Sequence record: PZ386947.1
From: a phage
Reading direction: 5' to 3' (one strand)
DNA: 64,000 nt
Shown here: one piece after another, positions 32,491-42,474 of the stretch
Position numbering within the stretch: position 1 is the first letter of the stretch
Layout of the letters: each line of letters begins with the position of its first letter
Program-made: the position numbers and the translations under genes
Notes under the pieces: generated by a model
Seen by the model: the letters and a program-made list of their open reading frames with translations, nothing else
Told to the model about the DNA's origin: nothing
Database searches by the model: none

Positions 32491-32954
32491 TAGTAAAGGT
32501 CCTCAGAGTAAAGTTCTTTTTCACTACCACCACGTTCAATACGTACTTGTCCAGCGTAAGTTGCAATAATCATTGCTTCTTCACGTGTCCAATAATTACT
32601 ATATTGGTCAATAAACCCTTGGTCATCATCACAAACTTGTTGAGTAACTAATTGAGGTTTAACTACATCTAAAACTGCTGCCATATCTTTAGAATAATGA
32701 CGAGCACCAGGAATAACAAGAGTTCCACCATCCTTTAATTTAAACCGATTAGCAGCACATACAATTCGTCGTTGATACTTTTGGTTTTCATCCCAGTATG
32801 CAGGCTGCCAACAGATTTCAGGAACTTCTTTCAGAACATCTTCTTCCGTATAATTAGTATAACCTGCTGATTTAAATTTTTCGGCTAAACTCTCTGGAGT
32901 CTCACGAGATAATGCAACGTTTAGCATTTCAAGTCTTTCTTCAAATGTTTTCAT
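32490..32954 (-). CDS. hypothetical protein (arn.x)
   Basis: 154 aa ORF. Confidence 0.4.
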   Translation of the reverse strand: MKTFEERLEMLNVALSRETPESLAEKFKSAGYTNYTEEDVLKEVPEICWQPAYWDENQKYQRRIVCAANRFKLKDGGTLVIPGARHYSKDMAAVLDVVKPQLVTQQVCDDDQGFIDQYSNYWTREEAMIIATYAGQVRIERGGSEKELYSEDLY

Positions 32955-33280
32955 TTAAACCATCCTTTAATACGCTGCCACAAAGTTTTCTGTTGAGCTT
33001 TGTTAACACCAATTGAACGAATAACTGGTTGAGATTCCTGGAATTCTTTATAATCAGCAAGGTAAATTTCGTAAGCTGCATCCGTAAATGAACTTATCGC
33101 TGCCATAAAATTATTGCGAATACCTACTGGAGCATCTTTACTTTCACGAATAATCATGTATTTACCAGTCTTAATCTTTACGATAGTTCCAAGATAAGCT
33201 CCATGGTACCAGATGTCCCACCCCTCTTGAGTGGGTTCTGCACAACGACGAAGTTCATTGACAATTTCTAACTTGTTCAT
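32951..33280 (-). CDS. hypothetical protein (arn.x)
   Basis: 109 aa ORF. Confidence 0.4.
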   Translation of the reverse strand: MNKLEIVNELRRCAEPTQEGWDIWYHGAYLGTIVKIKTGKYMIIRESKDAPVGIRNNFMAAISSFTDAAYEIYLADYKEFQESQPVIRSIGVNKAQQKTLWQRIKGWFK

Positions 33281-33290
33281 TATTTATTCC

Positions 33291-33926
33291 TCACAGTTCA
33301 GATGCTACAGTGATTACAGCTTCAATGTTTTCTACCGAGCGTTTAATGTCAAGATACACATTACCGTTTTTAGCGATTTTACATGACATTCCGATATCAG
33401 TAAATTTCTGAATATGATGTTCCATCATTTTGTATCCAAAAATTCGCATATTTCCATTGTTGTTAATTTCAAAATTACGAATTCCGTGAGTGCGTTTTTC
33501 TAAAATAGCGAGATAGTTACTGCGGTAAGTTTCAACCTTTTTAAGAACAAATCCATTTTCATCTAAAAGTTTTAACATGAAGTCTTTATCTTCTTCCATA
33601 TCAGAAGTAATTTCGCGAGCTTTACGAGTTGCTCGTTTTTTCAGCAGTTCCGGAGCGTTTTCCTGTGCGTATAAAGTTGCTGCATTTGAAATAATATCCT
33701 GAGCTTCACCAGTAATGATTAATCCATCACCAGATTTCTCCACCAGGCCTTTTTTAATCAATACCCCAATATTACTATTAACTACTGCATTACCTAAATC
33801 TGGATGCACCTCACGAACTTCTGCGGCTGTAATGAAATCTTTCTTAGCAATGGTAATTAAAATCGCAGCAGTTTTTTCATTCAGAACATCGTTAGAAGCT
33901 TTGATGATGTAAGTTACTTTAGACAT
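33291..33926 (-). CDS. motA: MotA middle-transcription activator
   Basis: 211 aa; N-terminus MSKVTYIIKASNDVLNEKTAAILITIAKKDFITAAEVREVHPDLG recognised as T4 MotA. Confidence 0.85.
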   Translation of the reverse strand: MSKVTYIIKASNDVLNEKTAAILITIAKKDFITAAEVREVHPDLGNAVVNSNIGVLIKKGLVEKSGDGLIITGEAQDIISNAATLYAQENAPELLKKRATRKAREITSDMEEDKDFMLKLLDENGFVLKKVETYRSNYLAILEKRTHGIRNFEINNNGNMRIFGYKMMEHHIQKFTDIGMSCKIAKNGNVYLDIKRSVENIEAVITVASEL

Positions 33927-34031
33927 TTTAATCTCCGTTTCAGTTCATTTATTTGATAGGTCTATAGTATCATGTTTAAAGCAGAAGTAAACACTTTTTT
34001 GCACTCTTTTTCAAGAGCTCTAATAAAGTAC

Positions 34032-34259
34032 TTACTTAATGTTCAGATTACGAACTTCGATTTCGTCTTCATGGGCAAAATCAAACTGTTTGAATTCTGT
34101 GTCACCTTTAAATTTAAAAATCATTGTGAAGAAAGTCAGAACACCAGGTTTTTCTTCACGAACTCCACAGATATCATATTCAATACCATCTACAACCAGT
34201 TTGTTAGCAGTCAGAGCATTTTTAGCTTTAACGATTTCGTTTTCGATTTTAAATTTCAT
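34032..34259 (-). CDS. hypothetical protein
   Basis: 75 aa ORF with GGAGATACAAAA Shine-Dalgarno; early promoter GTTTAC...TGGTACTATAC at about 34300-34340 upstream. Confidence 0.4.
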   Translation of the reverse strand: MKFKIENEIVKAKNALTANKLVVDGIEYDICGVREEKPGVLTFFTMIFKFKGDTEFKQFDFAHEDEIEVRNLNIK

Positions 34260-34363
34260 TTTTTGTATCTCCGGGTTGTTTGTTTCAGTTCATTTATTTG
34301 ATAGTTGTATAGTACCACAGTATGCTTTGGTTGTAAACCGTTTTGTGAAAAAATTTTTGAAAT

Positions 34364-34389
34364 AAAAAAGGGAGAGCCGAGGCTCTCCC
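34364..34389 (-). terminator. intrinsic terminator
   Basis: Stem GGGAGAGCC / GGCTCTCCC followed by U6 on the minus strand. Confidence 0.6.
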
Positions 34390-34394
34390 TAAAA

Positions 34395-34544
34395 TTACTG
34401 CATGACTGTGATAACTGTCATGATAACACGTTGAATTCCGAACGCAAGAAGACCTCCTGCTACGGCAGGAACAACACCTAAACCCGCCAGTAAAATGCCA
34501 CCAGATACTAATGCAGCGCTTGTGATACCAATGAATGGACTCAT
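34395..34544 (-). CDS. small glycine-zipper membrane peptide
   Basis: Hand-translated 49 aa MSPFIGITSAALVSGGILLAGLGVVPAVAGGLLAFGIQRVIMTVITVMQ; ATG overlaps gene 52 stop (ATGA); below ORF-track size cutoff. Confidence 0.4.
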   Translation of the reverse strand: MSPFIGITSAALVSGGILLAGLGVVPAVAGGLLAFGIQRVIMTVITVMQ

Positions 34545-35869
34545 TTGATTTCCTCTAAATCTTTGGTGTATTCTGTAACTACATCAGTAGTTTTCCAATA
34601 TTCGTTTTCTTCTTTTTTGGCTTTAGCTTCTTCAGCAAGTTTCTTTGCTTCGTCGGAAGTCATATGAAAAATGTTCATTCCAACTAGTTTATCAACATAA
34701 GAAGAATACATATCAATTTTAGAAAGTTCTTCGGTCAGTTCTTTGCGAGTTTTACCTTGTACAACAATTTCACCTGAAATTACTTTCTTAATGAAATGTG
34801 CCTTGGCAAAAGCTAAACGAAATGCTGATTCAGTTTCTTTGATTTTGTTATCAATTCGTTTTTGGACATAAGTTTTACGAACTTCAACGAAGTCTTTGAT
34901 TAAATCAACTACATTATCGTAAACTTGCAGCTTTCCTTTCTCATTAATGACGGTAATATTCTGGGAACGACGCTCAATCAACCCGAAGTCTTTCATAATT
35001 TTTGCATGGCGTTCTTCTTCGTTATCGCTCAAAGAGTATTCTTTACGGAATTTAACTTTAAAGCCAAACCCATGCTCACCGCAAGCATCATCCCACGTAA
35101 TAAAGCCTTTATCTTCAAGCGGGTCTAAAATTTTGCTCACGTAAGTTTCACGATCATACTTATACGGAATCTCAGTGATATGCATTTGAGTTCGTGAAGT
35201 AAACTTGTACGTTCCACGAATTTCATATTGACCGTCAATTTCAACGACTTCACCGCGAAATTCTGGAAATTCTACCTTCGGTTTAGTTACTTTCTTTCCT
35301 TGAAGAGCTTGCAATACAGCTTTCTTGACAGAAGAAACACTATGAGGAAGAATATAAGTTGCATAACCAGTTGCAATACCGGAAACACCATTAAGAAGAA
35401 CAGTAGGAATAATAGGCAAATAGAAAGCAGGCGGAATGTGTTCTTTATCTTGATGTACCGGAGCATATTCAGTATCTTTATATACGTTATAGAAATTTTT
35501 ACTTACACGAGCAAAAATATAACGACTTGCTGCTGCTTTTTGGACGGTACGAGAACCAAAGTTTCCTTGACCATCTAACAGAGGAAAGTTATTATTCCAA
35601 GTATTAGCCATCAAAGCACCTGCGTCTTGTGCAGAGTTTTCACCATGATGATATCCAAGGTCTGCTACACCACCTGCAATAGAAGCGAGTTTGTGAAACT
35701 TATCTTTATTTCCTCGTGCCAAATCAAGAGCTCGAGCAATAACAAATCGTTGAACTGGCTTAAATCCATCAATCATATTTGGGATAGCACGATTTTCAAC
35801 CGTGTACATAGCATAAGCCAATGCTTCATTATCAATGATACTTTTTAAATCACGATTATTCAGTTGCAT
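34541..35869 (-). CDS. 52: DNA topoisomerase II medium subunit gp52
   Basis: 442 aa as in T4 gp52; GyrA-like segment with catalytic-Tyr region. Confidence 0.9.
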   Translation of the reverse strand: MQLNNRDLKSIIDNEALAYAMYTVENRAIPNMIDGFKPVQRFVIARALDLARGNKDKFHKLASIAGGVADLGYHHGENSAQDAGALMANTWNNNFPLLDGQGNFGSRTVQKAAASRYIFARVSKNFYNVYKDTEYAPVHQDKEHIPPAFYLPIIPTVLLNGVSGIATGYATYILPHSVSSVKKAVLQALQGKKVTKPKVEFPEFRGEVVEIDGQYEIRGTYKFTSRTQMHITEIPYKYDRETYVSKILDPLEDKGFITWDDACGEHGFGFKVKFRKEYSLSDNEEERHAKIMKDFGLIERRSQNITVINEKGKLQVYDNVVDLIKDFVEVRKTYVQKRIDNKIKETESAFRLAFAKAHFIKKVISGEIVVQGKTRKELTEELSKIDMYSSYVDKLVGMNIFHMTSDEAKKLAEEAKAKKEENEYWKTTDVVTEYTKDLEEIK

Positions 35870-35873
35870 AAAT

Positions 35874-36014
35874 TTACCATACTAGTGAATGTAGTGCCAT
35901 AATAACATCAGAAATGAAAAGCACGACTTGAATTAATCCGAACATTATTCCGTAATATAATGCTATCAATAAAATAGCAAGGGCTAATGAATAGCCCAAG
36001 ATTTTCTTAATCAT
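35874..36014 (-). CDS. small hydrophobic membrane peptide (52.1-like)
   Basis: Hand-translated 46 aa MIKKILGYSLALAILLIALYYGIMFGLIQVVLFISDVIMALHSLVW; ATG overlaps ac stop. Confidence 0.35.
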   Translation of the reverse strand: MIKKILGYSLALAILLIALYYGIMFGLIQVVLFISDVIMALHSLVW

Positions 36015-36165
36015 TAGTAGATAACAACACAAATGTTAAATATGCACACATACCCTGAGCTAAAGCTTGCGAAAACACACTGCTGGCATCAATACAGATA
36101 GTTAAAACACATGCTACTATCCAACAAATAAATGAAATAACTCCTAATAATTTTGCAATATTCAT
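36007..36165 (-). CDS. ac: small membrane protein (ac-like, acridine sensitivity locus)
   Basis: Hand-translated 52 aa MNIAKLLGVISFICWIVACVLTICIDASSVFSQALAQGMCAYLTFVLLSTND; GAGGA Shine-Dalgarno; position between stp and gene 52 as in T4. Confidence 0.5.
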   Translation of the reverse strand: MNIAKLLGVISFICWIVACVLTICIDASSVFSQALAQGMCAYLTFVLLSTND

Positions 36166-36172
36166 ATTTTCC

Positions 36173-36253
36173 TCACTGGCGTCCGAAGACGCCTTTAGTT
36201 TTAAGATTATTACGATAGAACTGCATCACGTGTTCGTTGTGGAAATTACTCAT
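36173..36253 (-). CDS. stp: Stp peptide (activator of host PrrC anticodon nuclease / anti-restriction)
   Basis: Hand-translated 26 aa [26 protein letters not shown], which matches the T4 Stp peptide as I recall it; ATG overlaps ndd stop (TAATG). Confidence 0.75.
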
Positions 36254-36711
36254 TAATATGCCTGCAAAACGAATTTAAAGTTATCAGCCAACATACGGTT
36301 CATTTCTTCAAGTGTTTGATACTCGGAATGATGATTACGGGTAAACGCCAAAGCTAACTGACCTTTACCAAATCCTGTCGTCAGAGGTTTCATCTTAGAA
36401 GCAGGCAGATAAAATACTGTGTATACCATATTGTTATTTGCAATAGTACGTGCAAGCTGAGACCGACGTTGACGAATATGACTTAGAACTGCACTGAATC
36501 CTTGCTTAGAACGCTGATTACCTACATAAAATCGTGCAGACACACATGGATTACTAAATGGACGACCATCTAATTTACTTACTAAAAAGTAAAATCCAGG
36601 TTTAGATAAAATATCTTTATGCGGAGTTCCTAAAAACCACTCACCACCCTTGATTGTACCAATAACAGTAGCGCCTGCGTTGTTCAGATCAGTAACAGTC
36701 ATGTATTTCAT
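36253..36711 (-). CDS. ndd: Ndd nucleoid disruption protein
   Basis: Trimmed to ATG at 36711 ([13 protein letters not shown]...) with AGAGGA Shine-Dalgarno, 152 aa (T4 Ndd about 151); position between denB and stp. Confidence 0.65.
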
Positions 36712-36769
36712 ATTAATTTCCTCTAAATTATTTTCTACTCCAAGGCCGCATGAATACGCGGCCATTAAA

Positions 36770-36985
36770 TTAATCGTCGCAGTCGACGCTCAATTCCCAA
36801 AACTCTTCTACAGTATAAGTTTCAGTATCATTTTCAATACAGAAACGTTCATTACTGTTATTTGCTAAAGTAGCATTAACTGTCGGTTTCTCGCTAGTGC
36901 TCTTAAGAGGTGAAATACGAATTAACTGATCACCGTTATCTAAACAGAAAATTTCACCAACTTTTACATCTTTAAAACTTTTCAT
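36770..36985 (-). CDS. hypothetical protein (ndd.x)
   Basis: 71 aa ORF. Confidence 0.35.
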
Positions 36986-37100
36986 AATTCACCTCAAGGA
37001 GTATAAAATCCAAATGCAGTTGTTGACCATCCCATCCAATACGGAAAATTTGCACCAATGTAAAACATAAGAATATAAAACCAAATGTTTAGTAAATTCA

Positions 37101-37319
37101 TCATTTTACACCATTCCAAATTGTTTCAACTACGGATTTTAAACCATTCTGATGAATATCCATTCCGACTACCGCCATCAAATAGATTCCAACTACAACT
37201 GAACCTAAGGCAAAAATCAGCATGAAAATGAATAAAGCCGGAAAAATATTATCGAAAAACCATTCAATAAATGTAAAAGCACTGCGTTTACGCTTCATAT
37301 TTTCCTCACATAAATCCAA
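37101..37319 (-). CDS. small membrane protein
   Basis: 72 aa with two hydrophobic segments. Confidence 0.35.
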   Translation of the reverse strand: MDLCEENMKRKRSAFTFIEWFFDNIFPALFIFMLIFALGSVVVGIYLMAVVGMDIHQNGLKSVVETIWNGVK

Positions 37320-37419
37320 AGTAAACGTTTAATACATCAATCATTAAAACGATTGGGAATATACTCAAAACTATTAGTATTATAACTACATTCCATATAG
37401 CTTTAACAATCTTTTTCAT
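37306..37419 (-). CDS. small membrane peptide
   Basis: Track ORF trimmed to ATG at 37419 (MKKIVKAIWNVVIILIVLSIFPIVLMIDVLNVYFGFM), GGAGGAACAGAAA Shine-Dalgarno, early promoter upstream. Confidence 0.35.
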   Translation of the reverse strand: MKKIVKAIWNVVIILIVLSIFPIVLMIDVLNVYFGFM

Positions 37420-37662
37420 TTTCTGTTCCTCCGTAGTTGATAGGGTAATAGTACCACGGAAGAACAGTCTTGTAAACAACTTTTTTAAAAATATTCGTAA
37501 TAAATGTGAATACCAACTACTACCGCTGAAACTTGCACAACCCACCACGCACAAGCAATAAGTACAGAATTCAAAATTTTCATAATAACCTCATCACAAA
37601 AGTAAATGTTAAACAAATTACTGGAATACTAATTAACCAAACAAAACACCACCATAATGAAC

Positions 37663-37926
37663 TCATAGCTCAATCTCAGCGATTTTCATTTCACTACTAT
37701 TAATAGCCGCTTTAAGACTATCTGAAAGAATTACATTCCAGTGGTCATTCATATGACCATTAACTAAGCGTGTAATTTCTTCAGGAGTTGAAAAATAAGG
37801 CTGATCAGACTCCCAATGCGATAATCCTAAGCGAGTATAAATCATGCCTTCATCATCGCTAGAATATTCAACTGACACAAACTCATCAGTTATTTTATGT
37901 TTAGCGTAATAAAATTTAAATTTCAT
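37663..37926 (-). CDS. hypothetical protein (ndd.x)
   Basis: 87 aa ORF with GGAGGAGTAAAA Shine-Dalgarno and early promoter upstream. Confidence 0.4.
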   Translation of the reverse strand: MKFKFYYAKHKITDEFVSVEYSSDDEGMIYTRLGLSHWESDQPYFSTPEEITRLVNGHMNDHWNVILSDSLKAAINSSEMKIAEIEL

Positions 37927-37998
37927 TTTTACTCCTCCGTAGCTGATAGTTGTATTACCACGGTCCTTGTGGTATGTAAACCATTTTGTGAAATTTTT

Positions 37999-38556
37999 TT
38001 AAATGGAAAGATACCATCCGTTGTAGTTGCTTTTTCTTACAACCTTACGAAGGTCTTCTCTGTCACCGATGAACTTCGGAGTGTACTGGATGACACCTGG
38101 ATGAATTTCTTTAGTGTTGAATATAATTATACAGTCAGCGACTTGATGATTTAGAATGGGCCCTAGATTTATTCCAGAACCGTATGGATACTCTCCGCTG
38201 CATCCTGTTGTTACAGAAATCCAACGTGAGTCAGTTTGGTGTGTCTTAACTTCTACACGAAGCCCGCAGTATCTTGGATGCGCCAATACATCCCATGCGT
38301 ATGTATACGGGTCATTAACATCCTCTTGGCCTTTATTAACATACCCGCTTAACCAATCTGCTACAAAAAATTCTGCGTACACAGCGATACGACATCTTTC
38401 AATAACTTCTGCTTTATCCTGGTTCGGGTTTTGTTTTAAAGAGTATCTTGCTGTATCAGCAATTTTGACCTTCATTTCACTAGTCAAGTCACTGTTCGAT
38501 AGGGTAAATGTCGGAATCTGAAATAGTCTCTGTAAACCCGGATTCGTTTTCTGCAT
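37999..38556 (-). CDS. denB: endonuclease IV
   Basis: 185 aa as in T4 DenB; position between rIIB and ndd. Confidence 0.75.
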   Translation of the reverse strand: MQKTNPGLQRLFQIPTFTLSNSDLTSEMKVKIADTARYSLKQNPNQDKAEVIERCRIAVYAEFFVADWLSGYVNKGQEDVNDPYTYAWDVLAHPRYCGLRVEVKTHQTDSRWISVTTGCSGEYPYGSGINLGPILNHQVADCIIIFNTKEIHPGVIQYTPKFIGDREDLRKVVRKSNYNGWYLSI

Positions 38557-38818
38557 TTAGACTTTCCTTTTTACCACTGAGATAGGCGTTATATACTTTA
38601 AGAGTGCCATAATAAATTCGGTCATTTTCATCTAAAGACTCGCGGTCAAGTTCATCGAGCTCTTTTTTATCCATGACTATAACATCATTACAGTAAAGAA
38701 ACCCAAGTTTTTCGTGACCAAACTCAAATTTATTACAGTACACAATATTAGCGTGATGATTTCCGTGCAGTTTAATCTCTTTTATGTCGGAATCACCGAT
38801 ATTCATACAATAAATCAT
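38489..38818 (-). CDS. hypothetical acidic protein (denB.1-like)
   Basis: 109 aa ORF whose 3-prime 68 nt overlap the denB 5-prime end. Confidence 0.35.
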   Translation of the reverse strand: MIYCMNIGDSDIKEIKLHGNHHANIVYCNKFEFGHEKLGFLYCNDVIVMDKKELDELDRESLDENDRIYYGTLKVYNAYLSGKKESLNAENESGFTETISDSDIYPIEQ

Positions 38819-38830
38819 AATTTTTCCTTA

Positions 38831-38852
38831 AAACAAAAGGGCCGAAGCCCTT
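38831..38852 (-). terminator. intrinsic terminator or attenuator hairpin
   Basis: Stem AAGGGC / GCCCTT with UUCG-type loop on the minus strand, then U-rich tract; same hairpin sequence recurs at 39064-39079. Confidence 0.5.
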
Positions 38853-38854
38853 AT

Positions 38855-39049
38855 TTATTTGAATTGTGCAATTCTTTTCTCTAGACATTCAGCATAAGAT
38901 TTCATTGAGATGAACTGTGAAAGTAGCAATTCTTGCTCAACTGCACTAACTGTTAGAAACTTTGCGCTTTCTAAAAATTTGCTCAGTGCATTAATTTTGA
39001 GCATTAATTGATCGTATTCTTCTTTTACTCGTGCTTGATAACCTAACAT
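38855..39049 (-). CDS. hypothetical protein (rIIB-downstream)
   Basis: 64 aa ORF with AAGGA Shine-Dalgarno. Confidence 0.35.
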   Translation of the reverse strand: MLGYQARVKEEYDQLMLKINALSKFLESAKFLTVSAVEQELLLSQFISMKSYAECLEKRIAQFK

Positions 39050-39063
39050 AATTTTCCTTAGTT

Positions 39064-39079
39064 AAGGGCCGAAGCCCTT
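39064..39079 (-). promoter_or_regulatory. hairpin overlapping rIIB stop codon
   Basis: AAGGGC-CGAA-GCCCTT stem-loop, second copy of the 38837-38852 element. Confidence 0.4.
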
Positions 39080-40016
39080 ATTTAAATTGTTCAGTAACGT
39101 CTTCAACTACTTCGTATTGGCAGGTACGCATTTTAGCATCGTTGTAATCAATCGGAATTGATACTACATCACGCGGATGTACTTTAACTTTTACGACTCG
39201 GCTGGTTGAACTGCCAAAGTGACGAATATAAGATTTAGAACACACATGCAGACCACGAGAACAAGTTTGTGTATCATCGTCATTCACACGAGTACGTGGC
39301 ATTTTAACTACTTTACCCGGACTGTTATCAAAGGTGTTTGAGTGACAGTCAAAGTAATTGCTGCGAACTACTTTCCAAGCATAGAAGTAACCATCTTCTG
39401 TAATTTCAATATCGTTTGCTACCAAGAAATCAAAGAGTCGAGATACCGCTTTTTGGCTTGGGTTTTCCAGCAGATTTTCCAAGAACGGAAAATAAAATTC
39501 AAAGTTTTCGCCTTTTTCCATCGAGTCAAGAATACGATCAACCAAACCAGACCGCAATTCAATATTTTGATAGAACAAGCTTCCACCTTCAATTCGAACA
39601 TCGCCGGAAATATATTTTTCAACAGCGCGACGAACATTAATTTTTTGTGCCGCTTCTTCCAACTTATCCGCTACAAGCAGATTAAGAATTTCCTGGAAGT
39701 TTGAATGAGTATTAGGAGTTGCATTATAAGTTACACCGTCAACAGTAATTGAAATGAATTTTTTAGATGCATTCCAAATAATGTCAGATTTAGCAACTGG
39801 AGCAATAACTGCATCGCTATTAACTTTAACTGTAATATCACCGCTAATAGTAACTTTAGAACGTTTAGCTTCTTCAGCATTTTTCAAAACACGACGGATT
39901 GTGTCAACCGATACATCCTTCCAATAAGCTAATTCCTGCTGAGTGTAATTACCACTTGAATACAGTTTAACAATTTCAGCTTGTTCGTTTTTGGTCAGGC
40001 ATTTAATATTGTACAT
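39078..40016 (-). CDS. rIIB: rIIB membrane-associated lysis-inhibition protein
   Basis: 312 aa, identical in length to T4 rIIB; immediately downstream of rIIA. Confidence 0.9.
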   Translation of the reverse strand: MYNIKCLTKNEQAEIVKLYSSGNYTQQELAYWKDVSVDTIRRVLKNAEEAKRSKVTISGDITVKVNSDAVIAPVAKSDIIWNASKKFISITVDGVTYNATPNTHSNFQEILNLLVADKLEEAAQKINVRRAVEKYISGDVRIEGGSLFYQNIELRSGLVDRILDSMEKGENFEFYFPFLENLLENPSQKAVSRLFDFLVANDIEITEDGYFYAWKVVRSNYFDCHSNTFDNSPGKVVKMPRTRVNDDDTQTCSRGLHVCSKSYIRHFGSSTSRVVKVKVHPRDVVSIPIDYNDAKMRTCQYEVVEDVTEQFK

Positions 40017-40027
40017 AATTTTCCTTA

Positions 40028-42205
40028 TTAGGCCGCAAGGGCCTTCATAGTTTTAGCGATTTGGGAAACTTCATCATCACTTAAAGAGTTGCGATATCCG
40101 ATGAAGTCGGAAACAATACGGAATTTCTTGGTAAACTCAGCAACCATTTTATCACTGTTTTTTGAAGCATTATTTGATAATACATCAAAAAGATTAGTTA
40201 CTGTCCAGATGTCATGACCGATGGTATCTTTTCCACCATTAAAATATACACCGCGCAATGAACTAACTATATTAGCGAGTCGTGTATATTCTTCAGAAAC
40301 TTCATCTGTACTGAAGTACTTCATCATAAAATCTAGTTCAGGATACTTGATAATTTTATCAATATATCGTTGAGCTGAACTTGAATAACCTACATACTTA
40401 TCATAATCTACATCATCAAAAGCATCTACATATAAATCACGCAAAGCTTCAAAAATACATTGGCACTGACCGAGTTCTTTTACCTTTTTCTGTAAAAGCG
40501 GACGAATAACATAAAATTCATTAATGCCAATAAGATTAGCCATACGAATCAAAATATTCATAGATGGATGACAAAGAGATGTAGTACCATCCATAGAGAA
40601 AATATCAGAACGATGCATATACGCTACATAACCAGTAATTTCATCTGCTTCTGACGTAAGTGTAAATAGTTCCTCTTTTTCCCAGCGCCCGTCTTTAATT
40701 TCAAACTTAAATGCTGTAGCAGCTTTAGGACGAGGAGCTTTACTTTTAACTACCTTTGGAATATAGCTTTTAACTAAAGCTTCAATTTCTGACAAATAAT
40801 GAATGTTAACTTCATCACTTTCAAACATCGCCATAATATCAGGAAGTAAATCAATCTGCGATTCTACTTCTGGGTTAATAAACAGAAGGCGTTCGTTATG
40901 ATGAATATTTAAAGTGTTATTAAATTCACTATCATCTAACGCATGTGCTAATCCACGGACAATATTAACACGATTTTTAATATCATCAATAACGATATTA
41001 ATTTTTGTTGTATTAATACCAAACAGACGATAGCTTGATGCAACGGCTGAAGTTTCATGGCTTTGCTTAATACGTTTCAGCCGAGGGTCAAGATTTACTT
41101 CATACACAACTCCTGCATTGCATAACTTACTATCAGGTTCAAACATGCTCTGCATCTTCTTATATGACAGATTTTTAGTCGTAAATTTGACTGAATTACT
41201 AATCATATAATCTCGAGCAGAATACCCCATCTTCATCAATTCGCGATATGTGTGACGAGGAGATGTAGATTCTTTAAATCGTTTTACATCTTCATTAAAT
41301 GCTTTCTCACTGAGTTCTTTAACTCGTTCAATAATATTTTTACGAGTGCGATCATCCAGTGAAAGAGCCTCGCGAGATGGAGCAATATCAAGTGAACCCA
41401 TTGGAAACTTAATGTAATTCACTTCATTGCGAATGCTTAGCCAGTTACGGTCTCTAATAACACCATCGATAGGATAAACAATACCGCCATAGATAGCATA
41501 CAATCCGCCGCGATCAGGCCAGTATCTTTCTGGATTTACACCGTAATAGTCATCAAAATCTGGAAAATAATCAATTTCGCGGTCAAGACCATTAATGATA
41601 GCCAAATCTTTGAATGGTCGCATGATATAAGAAACTTCATAAGCAAAGTTTCTAAAGTCTTTTTCTTCAACTGGAACTACGATTTCAATGCCAGTTTTAT
41701 CATCTGGACCCATTTCTTTTACGAATGTAGGTTTAATCTGTGGACCATCACCATCCATGTAAGCTACATAACCACGAATTTCACCTTTATGATACGAAGT
41801 AATACTAAACGTATCAGTATAACTAAACGGAGATTTAGAACCTAAACCAAATCCGCCAATGAAATCGTTAGATTCAGCTTTAGATGAACTGAAGTATGAA
41901 TTATACAAGCCAGGAGAATTATCATCACCTTGAATATCAAAATCACTCATACCCGGACCAAAATCTCGACAAACAAATCGCGGGTCTAAACGTCCTGGAA
42001 CTTGTATGATAAATTTTTCAGGATTTCCATTGAGAGCATGGGCATCAATCATATTAGTAATCAATTCACGGACTACTGCGCGAATCTTGTTTGTATACAA
42101 ATCAGATGACAGAATTTTAAATACTTTAGGAGATGCTGTGATGCTAAATGCTTTTGATTTAGAACCATTGCCAAGAATTGTTTCTTTTTCAGTGGTGATA
42201 ATCAT
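40028..42205 (-). CDS. rIIA: rIIA lysis-inhibition protein
   Basis: 725 aa, identical in length to T4 rIIA; N-terminal GHKL-type ATPase-like region. Confidence 0.9.
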   Translation of the reverse strand: MIITTEKETILGNGSKSKAFSITASPKVFKILSSDLYTNKIRAVVRELITNMIDAHALNGNPEKFIIQVPGRLDPRFVCRDFGPGMSDFDIQGDDNSPGLYNSYFSSSKAESNDFIGGFGLGSKSPFSYTDTFSITSYHKGEIRGYVAYMDGDGPQIKPTFVKEMGPDDKTGIEIVVPVEEKDFRNFAYEVSYIMRPFKDLAIINGLDREIDYFPDFDDYYGVNPERYWPDRGGLYAIYGGIVYPIDGVIRDRNWLSIRNEVNYIKFPMGSLDIAPSREALSLDDRTRKNIIERVKELSEKAFNEDVKRFKESTSPRHTYRELMKMGYSARDYMISNSVKFTTKNLSYKKMQSMFEPDSKLCNAGVVYEVNLDPRLKRIKQSHETSAVASSYRLFGINTTKINIVIDDIKNRVNIVRGLAHALDDSEFNNTLNIHHNERLLFINPEVESQIDLLPDIMAMFESDEVNIHYLSEIEALVKSYIPKVVKSKAPRPKAATAFKFEIKDGRWEKEELFTLTSEADEITGYVAYMHRSDIFSMDGTTSLCHPSMNILIRMANLIGINEFYVIRPLLQKKVKELGQCQCIFEALRDLYVDAFDDVDYDKYVGYSSSAQRYIDKIIKYPELDFMMKYFSTDEVSEEYTRLANIVSSLRGVYFNGGKDTIGHDIWTVTNLFDVLSNNASKNSDKMVAEFTKKFRIVSDFIGYRNSLSDDEVSQIAKTMKALAA

Positions 42206-42215
42206 AATTTCCTCA

Positions 42216-42419
42216 TTAATTCATATTACGCTTAATAACTTCAGCAACTTCTAGTAGTTCATCTTTAGTTGCAGTGTCGGATTGAATTTTATCTCTAATA
42301 TCTTTAAAGCGGTTTTTAAATTCTTCGGCTTCTCCCATATCGAAAAAGCGTTGAATGATTCTATATTCTCGATGAACTGCTTTATCAAAAAGTTCTAAAT
42401 TTACTTTATATGATTTCAT
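42216..42419 (-). CDS. hypothetical protein (rIIA.1)
   Basis: 67 aa ORF between gene 39 and rIIA. Confidence 0.45.
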   Translation of the reverse strand: MKSYKVNLELFDKAVHREYRIIQRFFDMGEAEEFKNRFKDIRDKIQSDTATKDELLEVAEVIKRNMN

Positions 42420-42444
42420 TTCAATATCCTCATTTGCCCAATTA

Positions 42445-42474
42445 ATTATACCACATCCTTGTGGTAAAGTAAAC
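42445..42474 (-). promoter_or_regulatory. early sigma70-type promoter for rIIA.1 / rIIA
   Basis: Minus strand GTTTAC (42474-42469), 18-nt spacer, perfect TATAAT (42450-42445). Confidence 0.55.

Noticed and set aside
36007-36165. Apparent frameshift in the ac-like ORF at a G-run
   Set aside because: It was my own misreading across a line break; re-reading the sequence gives an intact 52-codon frame.
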